IMG/VR virus record: IMGVR_UViG_3300029220_000112
DNA length: 64,000 bases
DNA from: a virus
Reading direction: 5' to 3' (one strand)
How positions within the stretch are numbered: the first letter of the stretch is position 1; every line of letters starts with the position of its first letter. The notes below the pieces were generated by a model. That model had not been told where the DNA came from and searched no databases. It saw only the letters and a list, made by a program, of their open reading frames with translations. The translations under genes and the position numbers were made by a program. Shown here piece by piece: positions 54,823 through 63,979 of this stretch.

Positions 54823-55253
54823 TGAAGAATAACAAGCTTTTGTTTTATGTCTTGTCATTCACTTGGGGTTTGCCTATGACGCTTGTCGGCGTGGTCGCCG
54901 CCGCAGTTATGCTGTTGCTCTTCAGGAAGCCGGAGCTGTGTGGCTATTGTATAAGGTTTAGGATTGGCAACGGCTGGGGTGGCGTGTCGCTTGGACTAAC
55001 GATAATTACAGACAACCAGTCAGAGAGCGAGATTACATACCACGAACACGGTCACGCAATTCAGAACACGCTCTATGGTTTCTTTATGCCGGTTTTCGTA
55101 TGTATTCCCTCGATGATACGATATTGGCATAGAGAATACCTTGTGCGGATAAAAGGGTATAGATATAGCTCTTTACCCGCTTACGACGACGCATGGTATG
55201 AGGGACAGGCGACCAGATGGGGCACAGAATTTATGGCAAATCTCGGACGGTAA
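54822..55253 (+). CDS. membrane protein with HExxH (HEHGH) motif, possible small metalloprotease
   Basis: Two predicted TM segments and HEHGH. Confidence 0.45.
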   Translation: MKNNKLLFYVLSFTWGLPMTLVGVVAAAVMLLLFRKPELCGYCIRFRIGNGWGGVSLGLTIITDNQSESEITYHEHGHAIQNTLYGFFMPVFVCIPSMIRYWHREYLVRIKGYRYSSLPAYDDAWYEGQATRWGTEFMANLGR

Positions 55254-55409
55254 TTTTAGCCTACAAGTTAACTCGTGAGATATTTAAACTTCAAGTTTAT
55301 AATCTAAAAACAGTAAAAAGTGGGCTAAAATAAAGAATAACGGTTGACTTCCTTTATTAATGTGGTATAATTCCAGTAGAGAACCTCTTGGTTCCTATAC
55401 ACCTATTTG

Positions 55410-55439
55410 AGAGCGGTTTTGCTTAAGCAAAACCGCTCT
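55410..55439 (+). terminator. strong hairpin (13-bp stem AGAGCGGTTTTGC / GCAAAACCGCTCT), terminator-like
   Basis: Perfect inverted repeat with a weak U-tract. Confidence 0.4.
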
Positions 55440-55455
55440 TGTCCTATAAAAGGTA

Positions 55456-55483
55456 TTGACAATATATTTCTATAAGTTATAAT
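55456..55483 (+). promoter_or_regulatory. consensus sigma-70 promoter (TTGACA-16 nt-TATAAT)
   Basis: TTGACA at 55456-55461 and TATAAT at 55478-55483, about 37 nt upstream of the 55521 ATG. Confidence 0.6.
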
Positions 55484-55520
55484 TAACCTGTAAATAAAAC
55501 AAACGGTAAGGAGGAACTTT

Positions 55521-55766
55521 ATGACTTTAGAGAAGTATTTCGAAAAGACCGGCAAAATTTATGGCGTTTCAAGTAAGTTTGATTTCGGCGAGTGGCATCA
55601 CCGATTAGCCGAGTTTGACAGCTTGGAAGAAGCTTATAAGTGGCTTAACGCTGAAGAGGGCGACTTCTGCACAAGAGAGATTGGGTCGAAGACTCACATT
55701 GCTAAGATTGCCGGTATAACCCCTCAAAAGTTAGACGAAGAACTAAAGCCTTATTTTATGAGATAA
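55521..55766 (+). CDS. hypothetical 81-aa protein in a self-contained promoter-gene-terminator unit (moron-like)
   Basis: AAGGAGGAACTTT then ATG. Flanked by a hairpin upstream and a bidirectional terminator downstream. Confidence 0.55.
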   Translation: MTLEKYFEKTGKIYGVSSKFDFGEWHHRLAEFDSLEEAYKWLNAEEGDFCTREIGSKTHIAKIAGITPQKLDEELKPYFMR

Positions 55767-55773
55767 TTTAGGT

Positions 55774-55814
55774 AAAAAACGCGGGTAGGGATTTCTCCCT
55801 ACCCGCGTTTTTTT
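55774..55814. terminator. bidirectional rho-independent terminator between convergent early (+) and late/lysis (-) transcription
   Basis: AAAAAA-CGCGGGTAGGG-ATTTCT-CCCTACCCGCG-TTTTTTT. Confidence 0.8.
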
Positions 55815-55816
55815 AC

Positions 55817-56134
55817 TTAGCCTTCTTCGTTCTCGTTTGCGTCAGGCTTTACTTCACTCTGTTCTTTAGCATTGCCCTGAGCATGAAGAAACTCGTCCGC
55901 CGCCTGAGCTGCCGCAGTGAAGCTGTTATTCTTCCAGTAGCTGACGACGCCAGTTACGATGGCGAGCACGACACTGACTATTGCGTACAGCTGATTCTCA
56001 TCAAAACTGATGCCCGCAACGCCAAATGCGCCGAGTGTGAGGTTGACAAGAGAGCCTACCATAAGAATAAGGCGAACCCAAGTACCAACCGATACATTAC
56101 TAAGATTCTCAATAATGTCTTTGAATTTTTGCAT
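55817..56134 (-). CDS. holin (two or three TM helices, charged C-terminus)
   Basis: GGGAGGTAAGATT then ATG. Hydrophobic segments WVRLILMVGSLVNLTLGAFGVAGI and AIVSVVLAIVTGVVSYW. Last gene before the terminator in the lysis cassette. Confidence 0.65.
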   Translation of the reverse strand: MQKFKDIIENLSNVSVGTWVRLILMVGSLVNLTLGAFGVAGISFDENQLYAIVSVVLAIVTGVVSYWKNNSFTAAAQAADEFLHAQGNAKEQSEVKPDANENEEG

Positions 56135-56138
56135 AATC

Positions 56139-56423
56139 TTACCTCCCGAATATAAATGCGATAAAGGCTGTCATAGCAGCACCGATAAGAGCAGACACAA
56201 TGGTCTCCCAACGCTTGCTGGGGCGGTCTTTTAAATCGTCTATTGCTTGCTGAAGCTTTCCGAGGGTTTCAATAACCGTGTTAAGCTTAGAAGTAACAAC
56301 GCTCTGAGTTTTATCTATATCGTCAACCTCTTTATCAAGAGTGGTGTACTCTTTTTCAAGCACCTCGACGCGCCTTTTGAGGTTCTTTATCTCTGTCTCT
56401 AAGGCGTCCATACTGATTGCCAT
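56139..56423 (-). CDS. XhlA-like holin-associated protein (coiled coil plus C-terminal TM)
   Basis: AAGGAGGTATCGTA then ATG. Coiled-coil N-terminus and C-terminal TM ALIGAAMTAFIAFIFG. Confidence 0.55.
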   Translation of the reverse strand: MAISMDALETEIKNLKRRVEVLEKEYTTLDKEVDDIDKTQSVVTSKLNTVIETLGKLQQAIDDLKDRPSKRWETIVSALIGAAMTAFIAFIFGR

Positions 56424-57436
56424 TACGATACCTCCTTAAGATATTTAACGGCAACCCATGACATGATATCCGAAAGCAGAGCCTCCTTCACGCCACTGTT
56501 TGTTTGAATTTTTGAGACCTTGTGTTTTGTGGGCGCGAGCTGAGCTTTAGGCACAGCCTTACCTCTCGTATTAGAGAGTCCGCCGTAAACTGCCCCAGTC
56601 TTAATTGTTACTGTGGAGCCTACGCCTATTTTTTTTGACGCACTCTTAACCAACGAAAGGTCTGCCGCGTACACCCATGAGTTAATCTCCTTAAGCAAAA
56701 CTTTGTTTCCACTCACAGACTTAACTGTGTGTTTACGGAGCTTAACCCATACAGGAATACTCTGTCCTGTGGCATACTTTTTGCCCGTAATCTTAACGAT
56801 ATCTCCCGCCTTTATGGCAGAAGCGGGCTGGGTAGGAGTGGATGGCGTTGTCGGCGTAACAGCTGGCGCACTCGCTGTTCTCTTCTTAAGTTTATATACA
56901 GAGGCAACCGCGTCGGCTATTGCAATACCGCACTGTTTCTGTCCAGATGCGTTCTCAACGTGTTTACGATCAGAGGTTGTATCAATAAAAACGGTCTCGA
57001 CGAGGAGGCTCTGACATTTAACCTCTCTAACGAAACCAAAGTAGTTTGTGTTATTTTGTACCTTAACTTTTGCGCCACGATTCGGGATGCCGAACTTTGT
57101 AGCAATACTCTTACTAATCGCACCGGCTATTGTCTTACCGGCGTTGTTGCCTACTTTATAGTAAACCTCAGAGCCCGTGCCGTGCGCGGCGTTAAGATGT
57201 ATCTCCATAGCAAGGTCATACTTGCCAGCATTTATAGTCTTGATACGACTATAAAGACTCTTGTCTGCGTCGTAATTTATCAGCGTTACATTACAGCCGT
57301 ACTCACGAAGAGCTGCCGCAGCGTACTTACCGATTTCTCGACCTATCTTAAATTCTTGAAAACCGCCACTACACGCTCCGCTGTCGTAGCCGCCCCTTTC
57401 ATTTTTACCGTGTCCGATAGACATAGCTATGTTCAT
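56423..57436 (-). CDS. endolysin, N-acetylmuramoyl-L-alanine amidase (Amidase_3-like) with C-terminal SH3-like cell-wall-binding repeats
   Basis: MNIAMSIGHGKNERGGYDSGA...DLAMEIHLNAA pattern of MurNAc-LAA. Two repeated VKITGKKYATGQSIP / VTIKTGAVYGG modules. GAGAGGATTAAAC then ATG at 57436. Confidence 0.8.
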   Translation of the reverse strand: MNIAMSIGHGKNERGGYDSGACSGGFQEFKIGREIGKYAAAALREYGCNVTLINYDADKSLYSRIKTINAGKYDLAMEIHLNAAHGTGSEVYYKVGNNAGKTIAGAISKSIATKFGIPNRGAKVKVQNNTNYFGFVREVKCQSLLVETVFIDTTSDRKHVENASGQKQCGIAIADAVASVYKLKKRTASAPAVTPTTPSTPTQPASAIKAGDIVKITGKKYATGQSIPVWVKLRKHTVKSVSGNKVLLKEINSWVYAADLSLVKSASKKIGVGSTVTIKTGAVYGGLSNTRGKAVPKAQLAPTKHKVSKIQTNSGVKEALLSDIMSWVAVKYLKEVS

Positions 57437-57468
57437 GTTTAATCCTCTCTTTCTATGCCATCTCAAAA

Positions 57469-57792
57469 TTATTTATCTTTAGGCGCGAATATCTTCCCGT
57501 AGACGATAGGTGATTTAACAATAAATTTATCGTTTCCCGCTAAAACCTGTATGGCTATCTCGCCGTCTTTCTTTGTTAAAATAGAAGGAACGATATATGA
57601 TAAAAACTCGTCATCTACTTTAATATCGCTAACACTTTTTACAGTGTCGCCCACAAGAAAATCTATAGAATAAAAGTCCGCGCCTTGTAAATCTGGTGTG
57701 AGTTGAAAAATAAGCTTAGTCGCCTCATTTTCTCCGACATAACCCATATTAAAGCGAGAGCTTCTCCATAAATCAATTATTACTTCTCGCAT
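57469..57792 (-). CDS. hypothetical late protein sharing the MRE[VI].I[DN] N-terminal module
   Basis: MREVIIDLWRSSRFNMGYVGENEATKLIFQLTPDLQGADFYSIDF is homologous to the N-termini of 59526-60494 and 60491-61069. Confidence 0.5.
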   Translation of the reverse strand: MREVIIDLWRSSRFNMGYVGENEATKLIFQLTPDLQGADFYSIDFLVGDTVKSVSDIKVDDEFLSYIVPSILTKKDGEIAIQVLAGNDKFIVKSPIVYGKIFAPKDK

Positions 57793-58220
57793 TAGCTCAA
57801 TTCCTCAAAATAAACGCCCACAAGCTGCGACGGTACATAGTGCAGTATAGTACCTTGACCATTGCTGTCGTCTCTTGTGCATCTGTAAATTTTGCCACCG
57901 TCGAGATAATACTTGTCCTTGAAATACCGCATACCAGCGGCAGCGGTTATCGGGTTATCTATCGTGCCGTCCTCGCCGACCGTGATAGGCTCCCAGTGCG
58001 CGGCGGTGTTTTCCGGCAACCATGTCGGATTTGCCGTTATGGCGTTGTAACAGCGATAGAGCCCGCTCGGTCTGCGGACTGTACTGCCGACAGCATAATC
58101 GACATACCCGCTCCAAAGCGGATAAAGCTCTGCATACTCCAAAGCTTCTGCGTCCGTAGTGACCTTCGTCAACACGCCATCTATCTTGTCGCGATAAGCC
58201 TTTGCTTCTGCTCGCGTCAT
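57792..58220 (-). CDS. hypothetical late protein
   Basis: Coupled ORF. Confidence 0.45.
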   Translation of the reverse strand: MTRAEAKAYRDKIDGVLTKVTTDAEALEYAELYPLWSGYVDYAVGSTVRRPSGLYRCYNAITANPTWLPENTAAHWEPITVGEDGTIDNPITAAAGMRYFKDKYYLDGGKIYRCTRDDSNGQGTILHYVPSQLVGVYFEELS

Positions 58221-58420
58221 GTTGCACCTCCTGTGATTATTTCAAGTGCCTCGGAGTCGGATATCTCTTCGCCCGGCGCGTCAATCTCCGCCCAGTTTCC
58301 CGCGCTGTCGTTGACCCCGAGGTGGACGGTCGTCGCGATAACATCGCCTTTTTGCAGTGCCTTACCGTCGTCTGCCGTGAGTATATTACCGTTAATTGTC
58401 ATGCCGTCACCACCGTCCAT
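58217..58420 (-). CDS. hypothetical small late protein
   Basis: Coupled ORF. Confidence 0.35.
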   Translation of the reverse strand: MDGGDGMTINGNILTADDGKALQKGDVIATTVHLGVNDSAGNWAEIDAPGEEISDSEALEIITGGAT

Positions 58421-59526
58421 CCTTTATTTGTCGCCACCGCAAGCGTGGCTTCCGGGATTCCCGCCGTCGCCGCAGGTGTATTCGCCAACGTTATCGTTCT
58501 CGCTGTGCCTGTCGATATATTTGGCAGTGTGTTGAAGAACGCAAGCACTGCATCGGCGTCGAGAGCCGTATGCGCAAGGTTTATGTCCGACGGAAATGCC
58601 GTAAGGCTTTCGCCGCCAGTAAACGTAAGCGTTCTCAAAGAATAGCAGGTGTTTCTAAAAGGATTGCTAAAACTCGTCGCTGTACTTATGTCGCAAGTCA
58701 CTTCTCTTAGATTGTTACAATCGCGAAAAACCTCGTTGTTTGATTCTACCTTAAAGGTGCCTATGATTTTGACAAGCTGCGGCATATACAAGACGGCGTT
58801 AGCTTCGACTTCTCCGCTCGCTGTTGCGATATACTTGACGTGTTTTAAAGATATTGGAATACCTTTGTCAAAAGTGTAGAAATATAGACAGCCTCGCTGC
58901 GTAGCGTTCTGACTAAAGTTAACGTAGTGTTCCGAGTTAATCGCTTTTAGAATGATGTCTAACACACCGTGATTATCGAGCCATCCGTCGCCGTAAAATG
59001 TAATCCTTTTAAGTGTATCTGTTGTGTTTACTTTGATTACTATCTGTTTTGTACCGTCACTCATAGCAGTGTTATAGTCAGCAAAATTAAAGGTTCTTTC
59101 AGCTTTCACGTATTCATTACCATTTCCGGCAACAGTGACTGTGTCGTCGTTCTCAAACGGCACAAACTCGCCGTTGGAAACTGTCCCTGCGGTTATCGTG
59201 CATGAGCCGTTAGTGCGCAAAGCTATGCGGATATTATTTTTTCCGCTGGGGTACAAAGCGAGCAAAAAGTAAGCCGTGTTATCCGTGATTTTGTCATAAT
59301 CCGGCAGTCTAAGCCACTCGGCAGGGCGTGTCCCCTGATAAACTTCGCGCGGGTCAGACTCCGGCGCGGAAGAGCCGCCTGTTATAGCGTCAACCGCATC
59401 ACCAAAGCCTTTGGCTGAGTCCCATGCTATCTGGTCTGTGCCGCCTGTCTTGTTGCGGATGCGGTTAGCCGTGTAGGTTATAGCGGCATCAAGCGCGGCA
59501 GAGTCAACTACCTTGTCATATGCCAT
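58399..59526 (-). CDS. tail fiber / receptor-binding candidate with leucine-rich-repeat-like C-terminal region
   Basis: FRDCNNLREVTCD...FRNTCYSLRTLTF repeats resemble BspA-type LRRs. Late operon position. Confidence 0.5.
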   Translation of the reverse strand: MAYDKVVDSAALDAAITYTANRIRNKTGGTDQIAWDSAKGFGDAVDAITGGSSAPESDPREVYQGTRPAEWLRLPDYDKITDNTAYFLLALYPSGKNNIRIALRTNGSCTITAGTVSNGEFVPFENDDTVTVAGNGNEYVKAERTFNFADYNTAMSDGTKQIVIKVNTTDTLKRITFYGDGWLDNHGVLDIILKAINSEHYVNFSQNATQRGCLYFYTFDKGIPISLKHVKYIATASGEVEANAVLYMPQLVKIIGTFKVESNNEVFRDCNNLREVTCDISTATSFSNPFRNTCYSLRTLTFTGGESLTAFPSDINLAHTALDADAVLAFFNTLPNISTGTARTITLANTPAATAGIPEATLAVATNKGWTVVTA

Positions 59527-60494
59527 CAGTAATTACCTCCCGTCCATGTTGGCAGGGCGGCAAGCGTGTCGTTGACTATCTCCGCCTTGTCTGATTCTGT
59601 CCAGTAGTCAGTACCTTTGACCGGAGTCTTGCCATTTGTACCATCTTTGCCGTCTGCGCCGTCCGCACCTTTATCACCTTTGAGTCCGACATCGGAGCCA
59701 TTGTAGCGAAGTTTGCCGTCAACCGCTGATATCAGATCAAGCACAGATTTGTTGTCGTGCTCGTGCGCCTTAAACATCGCCGGAAAGACAAAGCCATCTA
59801 AGATACGCTGCAAATCCATACTTACTGTTTCTCCACTGCCTGATTGCAGATTGCAGCTAATATACTTTGCAAACATACCCGCAAGCGCATAATACATTGC
59901 GACATCAAGTCCGCTTTTAACTGTGTCAGACTTAAGCTCAATATCCGGGAAAGTGGTTTGAACATCTTCTGACAGCGTGTAGCTGATGTCCTCTGCCGTT
60001 GATGCGCCACCGCCTAAAGCCTTACCGTCATAGGTCGGCTTGCCGTCTTTTGACTCGGCAAACTTATCCAAGACAGCCTTATTGCTGTGGCTGTGTTTAG
60101 CCGCCATCAGTTGTTCAACTTTTGTCGAGATATCTGTGGGGGTATTAGAAGCTACTTCAGTAGAATCCAGCAAGCTACTTCCAATATAAGCCTCTACTAT
60201 TGGGGATTTAATAATGTTCTCTCCATTGTTTCCTATAACCTGAATACCCATAACGGACTCTATTATAGGCATTAGTGTGATGTCCTGCGGAATGGCATAG
60301 TTAATTACGCCGTTACTTGCAGTTACTGTGTTCGACGCGATTACCTTTCCGCAGGTACTAAACTCTATCTTGTAAGAGGTTGCGTCTTTGAGGTCGGGCG
60401 ATAAAGCGATTATAAGCTTGGTGGCTTTATGCTCGCCAATATATCCTATGTTTACTTTAACAGGACGCTGTAAATCTATATATACTTCTCTCAG
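59526..60494 (-). CDS. tail fiber-like protein with collagen-like G-x-y repeats; probable CTG start
   Basis: GLKGDKGADGADGKDGTNGKTP collagen-like triplets. In-frame upstream extension REVYIDLQRPVKVNIGYIGEHKATKLIIALSPDLKDATSYKIEF is homologous to the N-termini of two neighbouring genes. A CTG sits exactly where those paralogs have ATG and overlaps the upstream stop (CTGA). The ORF track begins at ATG 60272. Confidence 0.5.
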   Translation of the reverse strand: MREVYIDLQRPVKVNIGYIGEHKATKLIIALSPDLKDATSYKIEFSTCGKVIASNTVTASNGVINYAIPQDITLMPIIESVMGIQVIGNNGENIIKSPIVEAYIGSSLLDSTEVASNTPTDISTKVEQLMAAKHSHSNKAVLDKFAESKDGKPTYDGKALGGGASTAEDISYTLSEDVQTTFPDIELKSDTVKSGLDVAMYYALAGMFAKYISCNLQSGSGETVSMDLQRILDGFVFPAMFKAHEHDNKSVLDLISAVDGKLRYNGSDVGLKGDKGADGADGKDGTNGKTPVKGTDYWTESDKAEIVNDTLAALPTWTGGNY

Positions 60495-61069
60495 ATTAAG
60501 TCACCATCCTTACTTTTAATTATTAAAATCAAGACGGGCGTCTTGACTACTTGTTCATTTGCAACGAGTAGAACGCTATCAGTTGCAACCCACTCCACCC
60601 CGTACTTAGCTTCTACGGCATATGCTCCGTCATTAATCTTAAATTTGAGCGTCCATATATCATAATTTTCAAACTCATCAACAGATAGAACCCTTGAGTC
60701 TTTTTTCGCCAAAGTGATAGTTTGCGAGCTTATCACAAGTCTGATTTTCTCTGCTGACTTAGGGGCTTTTACTTTATACACACCCGTCGTCGCCGTTTTA
60801 GGGCTAACTCCGACGACCTGTATTTTCAGTCGTCCGCCGACAGCTAAACTTTTTGTAAGCAACACAGAACACACACCGTCGGTTGCCGTCGCACCAACAG
60901 ATAACTCTTTGTTGAAAGCGTCTTTAAAATGAATCGTGTAATTGAATTTCTCCCCGACCATAAAATCGGGGAGTTTTATTTTTAGGTCTGCACTATTGTT
61001 TTCGCCATCGTACCCCCACACCACTTCTTGCGTGTTGGGATATTCGGCGTTTATGTAGATTTCACGCAA
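60491..61069 (-). CDS. hypothetical late/baseplate protein sharing the MRE[VI].I[DN] N-terminal module
   Basis: MREIYINAEYPNTQEVVWGYDGENNSADLKIKLPDF. Confidence 0.5.
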   Translation of the reverse strand: MREIYINAEYPNTQEVVWGYDGENNSADLKIKLPDFMVGEKFNYTIHFKDAFNKELSVGATATDGVCSVLLTKSLAVGGRLKIQVVGVSPKTATTGVYKVKAPKSAEKIRLVISSQTITLAKKDSRVLSVDEFENYDIWTLKFKINDGAYAVEAKYGVEWVATDSVLLVANEQVVKTPVLILIIKSKDGDLI

Positions 61070-61082
61070 ATAGCATCAATCC

Positions 61083-61457
61083 TCAATCCTCTTCAATAAA
61101 GTCATAGATTGCGGCTATGTCGTCGGGGGAGAGTTCGACTCCATCAAGCTCCGACAAATAAATCTTTGCGTCGGGTATAGCAGCCTCTATCTCGCTAAGC
61201 TCTTTAATGGCGGCGGTACACTCGTCCATCTTGTCCTTTTGGATTTTGTAACCACTACCGCTTATGACGGGTTTGCCACTCTCGTCTTTCTCTCCGTACT
61301 GCTCAATTATCTGAGAGAGACGCTCTGTATAGAAATCAGCGTCGTCCTTCAGGGCGCTGTACAGCTTTGAGATTTTGTATGCCGTTTTAGCGGGCATAGC
61401 ATTACAACTTATTTTATTAAGAGCCGCACGGGCTCTGTAAGCATTTTCTATTGTCAT
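61083..61457 (-). CDS. hypothetical late protein
   Basis: 124-aa ORF upstream of the baseplate/fiber genes. Confidence 0.45.
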   Translation of the reverse strand: MTIENAYRARAALNKISCNAMPAKTAYKISKLYSALKDDADFYTERLSQIIEQYGEKDESGKPVISGSGYKIQKDKMDECTAAIKELSEIEAAIPDAKIYLSELDGVELSPDDIAAIYDFIEED

Positions 61458-61486
61458 TTATATAAGCTCCTTTTATTCGTGTTGGG

Positions 61487-63979
61487 TTATACACCTATAA
61501 TCTTGCGCAGAACAAACTTTTGGGGTGTAGACTGTATGCCGCCAATAGTGGCGTCGGCAGTATTTAGCGAGATTCCCAAAACCTCGTTATCCCAAACATA
61601 TATATATTTAAGTGCTACATATTTAAAGCTTGCACTTCCAGCAAGAAATACCGACACGCCATCTCCATTTCGATTTTTAACGTGTTCTTTAGGAATGAAA
61701 GTGTAATTCCAGCAATAATCTTCTGCTTTGTCTGTATACGCACTCCACACAAGAACAATCCCGTTAGGCATAGCTGAAACATTTTGGGCTAAGGAAGCTC
61801 TTTGGTCTCCGCCCATAAATGATCCAGAACTCGTCCAAAGCTCAGGGTACGAACCTATTTCTACCCCCTTAACATAAACACCCGATGTCGCTTTCAGAAC
61901 CCCCGTTTTGATAGCGGGGTTAATCTCCCACAAGGCATTAATTTTATTATAATTAATTTTTCCTGTATTGGCTGTGGTTTCACCTTCGCAAGTTACATTA
62001 AAACCGTTAGGGCAAGAAATTGTTACCCTTCCACCCTTTGCGGTTTTATTACTCGTAAATCCGAGAGATTGAATTACTATATTATTTGTCGCCTGTATAC
62101 TTAAATAACCTGTACTCTGTAATAATAGATTATTAGCAAAATTACTATCGCTGCTTGTTGCGCCGATTACTATTGTTTCCCCGGCTATAGCTACGCAAGT
62201 ATCTCCGGAGGTATCTTCATAAAGGACAACTCTGCCATTAGTATCTGAACCATCTGTCTTGGTTAAATAAAGACCAACCTCTGTTTCTCCATCTGCCGTT
62301 TCACTCTTCAGCCACACGTCGTAGTTAGCGCCCTTAACCCTAACCGTACCCGTGAGCTGCGCGTCACCGGTATCAAGGTTAATATAAGTCTCGCCGTCTT
62401 TTGATTTAAGCAACCCCGCAGTTATTTCACCCGCAGAAGCTCTACGAACCTCAAGGTTGTTAACTGCGTACCAACCCGCAGTAACATTAGTCTTAGTAGA
62501 GGTGTCTTTGACAAATGTAGCTATGGCAATAGAGAAATTTACCGGAGTAAGCGAAGTGCTCCCGAGACTTTTAGTGTCGATAGTGACGGTGCTGTTGAGC
62601 GTCGTATAGCCACCGTTTGAAAGCGGTACTTTATCGGAATATATGTTTTTCTTGCTCTCTACGCCTTGGGCGTTACGCACGGTAACAACAAGAGCAATCT
62701 TAACATCCAACGAATTATTGTGATACGCTCGGCTATACACGTTACCTGTAATTCTGAATGAGTCGCCAATCTTACACGGATATGATTTACTGATATAAAT
62801 GAAGTACGGCGAAGCGGTAGGGTAGGAGATAGGAGTAAGCCAACGCTCATTTATGTACGCCTTATGAGCTGCTTGGGCGGCGTACTCGGCGGCAGACTTA
62901 AACCCGTACACATCAGCAGTTTCTTTGCTTAGGTTAATATAATTTGTGTAGTCACCGACTGCAATGGAGTCTATGGACAAACTACCCGTAGCCACAATAC
63001 TGCCGTCCAAATACATCTGTCCGTCTTCCACGCCGAACACTTTCTTGCCGTTCGGGTCTTTAATAAGAATATTACCGTTGTTAATCGCAAGTCCTTTATC
63101 ATCTATAGTTACACTGTAGTCTCCGTTTTCTTCAGAACCACCAGCTATAATGAGGTTGTTACCGGCTATAATCTTACCTATAATGACATCTCCGGCTACG
63201 CCGTACTTGTAAACATCATTGCCGCTTTTGTCTTTCCCGAGATACAGTTTGCCAACAGCCGTTTTAGCTGTCTCCCACCCATCGTCAGTAAAGACTATGC
63301 AATTGTTAACAATGCGGAGCTGTTCACCGTCATATATAGGATTACCCTGTGAATCCGTAAGAAAGATAGGGTTGCCGTCGGCGTCGAGAGCATCCATACC
63401 CTGCGCGTCCTTTTGTGTTTTACGCAAGCGACCGAGATATCCGCCGTCGTCTATGATAACTTCTTGATTTTTAGCCGAGAGAGCTTTGTCTTTTGTAAGT
63501 ATCAGAGCCTCGTCGATCCACTTGGAAGCATCGCTGACCTGCTTAGACATATCTTCGACTATGCCTGTGACGTACTGCAAGGTAGCCTTTGACTTTGATA
63601 CATCGCCAAACACATCCTCAAACAACGACCTCGGGTCATACTGATTGTATTTGTTACCAAATGTTAGAGATATGGTTTTGGACTCAAAATCTATGTCTAT
63701 AGTGAGCAAGTGCAGTTGCTCAAATTGGTCGTCGTCCACTTCTGCGGTCACTATACAGCCGCTCTCAAGTTGCGAAGTAAATGAGGAAAATTGCTGTGAG
63801 AAAATAAACGAACGAGTTGTGACTTCAAACTTTCTGTTAGGTGTTGAAATTTTAGAAAGCTGAGTTTTGGCTCGTTTCATAAGCTCAACACACCAGTCAA
63901 ATATCTCATCCTGAGACATAATATCCGTCTTAGTGATATTGTCGTCGGTGTAGTCGGCTTGCTTTATATAGGCGGACAA
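61487..63979 (-). CDS. large phage tail protein (tail-associated lysin / distal tail-baseplate type); N-terminus beyond window
   Basis: The frame stays open to the window edge; the M at 63979 is only the first in-window start. Long beta-rich Gly/Thr/Ser/Asn-rich sequence typical of siphovirus Tal/tail fibre proteins. Confidence 0.6.
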   Translation of the reverse strand: MSAYIKQADYTDDNITKTDIMSQDEIFDWCVELMKRAKTQLSKISTPNRKFEVTTRSFIFSQQFSSFTSQLESGCIVTAEVDDDQFEQLHLLTIDIDFESKTISLTFGNKYNQYDPRSLFEDVFGDVSKSKATLQYVTGIVEDMSKQVSDASKWIDEALILTKDKALSAKNQEVIIDDGGYLGRLRKTQKDAQGMDALDADGNPIFLTDSQGNPIYDGEQLRIVNNCIVFTDDGWETAKTAVGKLYLGKDKSGNDVYKYGVAGDVIIGKIIAGNNLIIAGGSEENGDYSVTIDDKGLAINNGNILIKDPNGKKVFGVEDGQMYLDGSIVATGSLSIDSIAVGDYTNYINLSKETADVYGFKSAAEYAAQAAHKAYINERWLTPISYPTASPYFIYISKSYPCKIGDSFRITGNVYSRAYHNNSLDVKIALVVTVRNAQGVESKKNIYSDKVPLSNGGYTTLNSTVTIDTKSLGSTSLTPVNFSIAIATFVKDTSTKTNVTAGWYAVNNLEVRRASAGEITAGLLKSKDGETYINLDTGDAQLTGTVRVKGANYDVWLKSETADGETEVGLYLTKTDGSDTNGRVVLYEDTSGDTCVAIAGETIVIGATSSDSNFANNLLLQSTGYLSIQATNNIVIQSLGFTSNKTAKGGRVTISCPNGFNVTCEGETTANTGKINYNKINALWEINPAIKTGVLKATSGVYVKGVEIGSYPELWTSSGSFMGGDQRASLAQNVSAMPNGIVLVWSAYTDKAEDYCWNYTFIPKEHVKNRNGDGVSVFLAGSASFKYVALKYIYVWDNEVLGISLNTADATIGGIQSTPQKFVLRKIIGV

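Noticed and set aside
56729-57442. 237-aa plus-strand ORF.
   Set aside because: It is antisense to the amidase endolysin gene, whose motifs and lysis-cassette context are convincing.
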